The notes beneath the pieces are model-generated. The model was not told the origin of the DNA. It did not search any database and was given only the letters and a program-made list of their open reading frames with translations. Below are positions 58,881-64,000 of a DNA stretch of 64,000 nucleotides, one piece after another. Source of the stretch: the human T2T-CHM13v2.0 reference genome, Homo sapiens; the NCBI RefSeq assembly GCF_009914755.1, contig NC_060936.1; one strand, given 5' to 3'. Both the position numbers and the translations under genes were made by a program. Position 1 is the stretch's first letter. Every line of letters begins with the position of its first letter.

Positions 58881-59967
58881 CCATCAGAAATAGTTATTAA
58901 TGCAATCATTCTTATTGATAAAAAGCTGTCACATCTGTGGCTCAGATTTATCATTCTTGCTCAAAAGGGGTGTCTTGGTCAGTTTTCTAGAAATCAAAGC
59001 CTGAGACAAAAGCTTTATTGAGTTTGTCTTACCAGAGTCCCATATGCAGTAAATAGTGGGATCTGAAATGGAAGCCGTGATTATCTCATCCCAAACCAAT
59101 TGTACATTTTTGATATCTCAAATGAAAACTCACGCATGAGGGAATGGCCTTTTACCAGCTTAGTGATGCACCAAAATGTTAAATCCAAAATTTATCAATG
59201 GGTATGATTGTTTGTTCTCAATGAATCTTGCTGTATTACAATTTTTAGACCCTGTCTCTCCTGGAGCATTCAAGATACTGAGTAAATAGTCTATGAGAAA
59301 AATACCTGCATACCCTCAGGAAGTTCCCTGCAGCTGTACCCACACTTCTCACATGAAATGAAAATGGTTAACAGTTAATTATCATCTATTTTTCCTAAAG
59401 AAGGTGCTGCAGAATTCTGTTTTCTTTCTTAGTAGACAGGGAAGGAGATTGTGTAACATTACAAAATTGCCAGAAAACCCCTTTGTCTTTAAAATACATC
59501 CTCTTACTTTAAAATGTTTCTAATCAAGGATAAAGAAAACAAAAATGTGTTCATTAGTGTCCTAAATTAGATGAGAGTTTTGTTTGGATTTCACTCTGAC
59601 TCACACATTTCTCCTCTTAGAAAGCAATACAAGAATTGAAAATAAGTTTCTCTTCAAAATATCTGTTTGGTCACAAGGATGGCTGGCCTTACTGACCAGA
59701 ACACCACTCCTGGTGTTAGGCATTTCCTCTATGGGCTACTCCCAAAGCCAAAGTGAATTATGTTCATCCTGGCTTGAGGTCTTTGTATAATGGAGAACTC
59801 CCATATTTAGATGAAAGCAAGGGTCTTGCTGGCGATATCCCTGGGGACTGCTAGGCACCACGTTTTAGAAGGGAATAGCAGAACCATTTGACCACAATCT
59901 ATTAAATTTTGGTTCCTTCCAGTAAAAAATAATCAGGACAAATGTCTGATTCCTAAGCAGGGATGTT

Positions 59968-60275
59968 CTTTTTTTTTCTTTTTCTTTTTCTTCTTTGAGA
60001 CAGAGTCTGCACTGTTGCTCTGGCTGGAGTGCAGTGGCGCGATCTCTGCTTACTGCAAGCTCCACCTCCCATGTTCATGCCATTCTCCTGCCTCAGCCTC
60101 CTGAGTAGCTGGGACTACAGGTGCCCACCACCACACCCGGCTAATTTTTTGTAGTTTTAGTAGAGACAGGGTTTCATCGTGTTAGCCAGGATGGTCTCGA
60201 TCTCCTGACCTCATGATCCGCCCGCCTCGGCCTCCCAAAGTGCTGGGATTACAGGCGTGAGCCACTGTGCCCAGC
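59968..60275 (-). mobile_element. AluY/AluSc-like
   Basis: gcaagctcc, gccattctcc and gttagccaggatggtctcgatc diagnostics; TSD GCAGGGATGTTCTT. Confidence 0.92.
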
Positions 60276-61514
60276 TGCAGGGATGTTCTTAAGTTTGCCA
60301 AGTCTAGAGGGAGTCTGGAAACCTCAGTCCACAGTCTGGCATTATGAGTGATTTCTTATGTGTTCTTGTACAAGCCATTTTAATTTCTCTCACTTAGTTT
60401 CTCGCATGTAAAATGAGGTTAAAACCAAGTTTGTAAAATGGGATAATTTTTAATAGCACCTTTAAAAGAGCAAAGCATGTCTATAATAGAAGTTCTTCTT
60501 CTGAACAAATAAGAATGTTTTTAAAGGTAGAGACTTGTTCTTTCAAAGAATGGAGGAGTCTTTGCACTTCTACAGCCACTTGAGAGATGTCTACCAACTT
60601 TGCTTTTTTAAGTTCGAAAACACTGATACTTTATTCAGTAAGATAGCTGATTGAGAGATGTCAGTACTTTGGTAGGACTAGCCAAATAGGAGACTTCAAT
60701 GTAATTAGACCAGTCAGAGATATCTAATGGAAGAGAAGTGGGGAGTGATGGGTTTAATAGCAGTTCACACTTAATTGAGTGTAACCGTGAGTCAGCTTCA
60801 GTACTAAGCCCCATATGCCTTTTATTTAATTTTCATGACAATAGAAAGGATATAGAGAATTTGAAACCAGGAGAACAGAATGAATGAGGCTACAGTGGAC
60901 CTGGGGGAATGAGAGAGGGCATGTGAGGAACTGTAGAAAATAGGGTTAGAGAGGGTCTTGGAACACTGCAAGAGGAGTCAGAAAGTGACGTGGAGGGCAG
61001 CACACAGTCACATGAAGATGGCCACACTTGCAGCTCCTCTCTCTTGACCTCCTGTCTCTATGAGGGCTTTGTTCTGTCCTACCACCATGAGGGACAGTGA
61101 AAATGACACTTAAAAATCCAGTGCTCCTGGCAGCCCATGACTGATACAGCTAAACTCAAGTAGAAACCCTGGCACAGTGCCTGGGAAAAAGGGAACCAAC
61201 ATCTGTTGAGTGTGACCTCAGACAAGTGACTTCCCTACTGGGCCCCAGTTCCTCATCCACTTGTTAATAGAATAGAGCCAGTTGATCTCTTTCACTATAT
61301 GCCTAGCTTTGGGCTGTGATTTTTTACAGGTATTATTTCACTTAATCCTCTCTGAATCCTTCAAGGTAATATTTTGTCATCCTCATTTAAACATGAGAAA
61401 ATGGAGGTCTGGAGAGGTAGATTAACTTGTTTAAGGCTACACAGCTTGCAAGTAGTAGCGCAGGGATTTGAACCTAGGGAAGTCTAATTCTAGAACTTTG
61501 ATATGCTGTAGAAC

Positions 61515-62340
<826 letters not shown>

Positions 62341-64000
62341 ATGGAGCATAGTATAATATGCTGCCTCTCAATATTTTACTTTTATGTGTACTGCTTTCTC
62401 TTATTTTTAATTTGGTGGGGGTAATGTCTTCCCTTTTATCACTCCAGAACTCAAGTGATTTTTCTAGAAAATACTAAACATTTTTCAGACAATGACATAA
62501 CTTCAAATCAAAGGTTTACTTTTAAAATAAGCCATTTCCCCCATGCTACTTTTCATCCTTTCCTACCGGCACTCTCTACCCCACAATGATATCTCATTCC
62601 TGGGAGGATGGATGGAAAGCTGAACAATATGGGGCGAGCTCAGAACTCTCTCTTCCTATCTAAGGGTTTAAGGATGGGGTTGGACCAATGTGGACCAACA
62701 TGAAGCTAAAACCTTGGTGCTAGGGTCTAGGAGTGGGACCAGCTCAGCACAAGGGAGCACACACAGGGTATGGGTCATGTGATTAGCCTTGGAACCATAC
62801 AGCCTCAGGGAGGTGATGTCATGAAGTCGAAGGAATCTCTTTTTTTCATGTTCTTTCCCACTAGATCCTGAATGTTCTTCAAGACCCTCAAAGCTTTCCT
62901 GATTCCTAAAAAAAATATTGATCATTTCCCTTTGAACATCACATATAACGCTTGAACTTTTACTTTTCCTCAATGTAACCCTGAGATATATTGTCTTATA
63001 ATTTTTCCCAAATAATGATGCTCAACATGTTTAGAACATGAGCTATCTCTTCCCCAAAAACCTGTACCTTTTGTGTTTACTATGCATGCATATTCATCCA
63101 ACAAAATGCACTAACAAATGTAAAAGTCTGGGCATCACAGCTTATTCCTTCATCTCCATAGAGCTCTCCACTTAAATGATCCATTTAACAACCTGCCCAC
63201 TAATAACTATTTTACAAATGACTTGAGTGAAACTCGGAGATGATAAATAACTCACCTAATGTCACTCAACTGTAAATAATGGAGCAGGAATTCAAATTCA
63301 GATTGTATGCATCAGGGACCAAGGCTCTAACTAACATACTATTTAATTATTTTAGGTGCTTGGTAATGTGTTCTAGCAGTAGCAACAGCACAGAAACAAT
63401 AAGAACAACTACATTAATGTCAATAACAACAACAGCAACAACTACCATTTATTGAGTTCTTACTATGTTTCAGTCAGTGAAGGAGGTACTTTATATGAGT
63501 TTTCTGATTGAATCCACATGCTATTCATATGGGGTAACTACCACTTATTCTAATTTATAGGTGTGGGAACTGAGGTTCCGAAAATTTAACTAGCTGCTTA
63601 AGGTCATACCTGTTGTGAATGGTCTGGCTGGAAAATAAATCAAGATCTGTCAGGTTCCAAATATCTGCTTCTAACCATAATGTTCCACTGCCTTGTTTTA
63701 ATTAGAAACTTAGTTCACACTGGGTAAAGATATTACAATGGATTCCAAAGAGTGACCCGCAAACAGACAACCTATATGACCTTAGCAAAGTTGTTAAACC
63801 CCTGCTGTGAAACCAGTGTCAACCATGCTAACCTCACAGAGCTGTGGTGATTAAAGAGGTGATGTAATTGAAGTACCTAGAACTTAGCTACCCCATGATA
63901 GGTACTTAGTAACTGAAGAAACCAAGGCTCAGGGAGACTAACCCAGGATCACAGAGAGAGAAAACTTTGGGGCAGGGATCCCAGTCCAGGTCCTCAAAGG

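Overview
Human (or very close great-ape) genomic DNA containing the middle of GUCY2C (guanylyl cyclase C, the receptor for guanylin, uroguanylin and heat-stable enterotoxin) on the minus strand. Eighteen coding exons (2-19 of the 27 I recall) were traced by hand. All have GT-AG boundaries and consistent phases. They encode residues ~73-719: most of the extracellular ligand-binding domain, the single TM helix (exon 11) and most of the kinase-homology (pseudokinase) domain. Exon 1 lies beyond the right edge and the cyclase exons beyond the left edge. The rest is intronic and repeat-rich: ~28 Alu/FLAM copies, a near-full-length old L1M, a young 5'-truncated L1PA, several solo LTRs and DNA-transposon relics. 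Most ORFs in the ORF track are spurious Alu/L1 translations. I found no convincing new protein-coding system. The most unusual structures are: (1) a tail-to-tail THE1 U3-R-poly(A) dimer flanked by one 5-bp TSD; (2) a sense-oriented LTR9-like solo LTR with promoter motifs, a poly(A) signal and a splice donor, lying between the last ectodomain exon and the TM exon; (3) several templated-insertion scars; (4) an L1 and an Alu that reused the same target site. Repeat subfamily names come from memory of consensus sequences and need RepeatMasker/Dfam confirmation.
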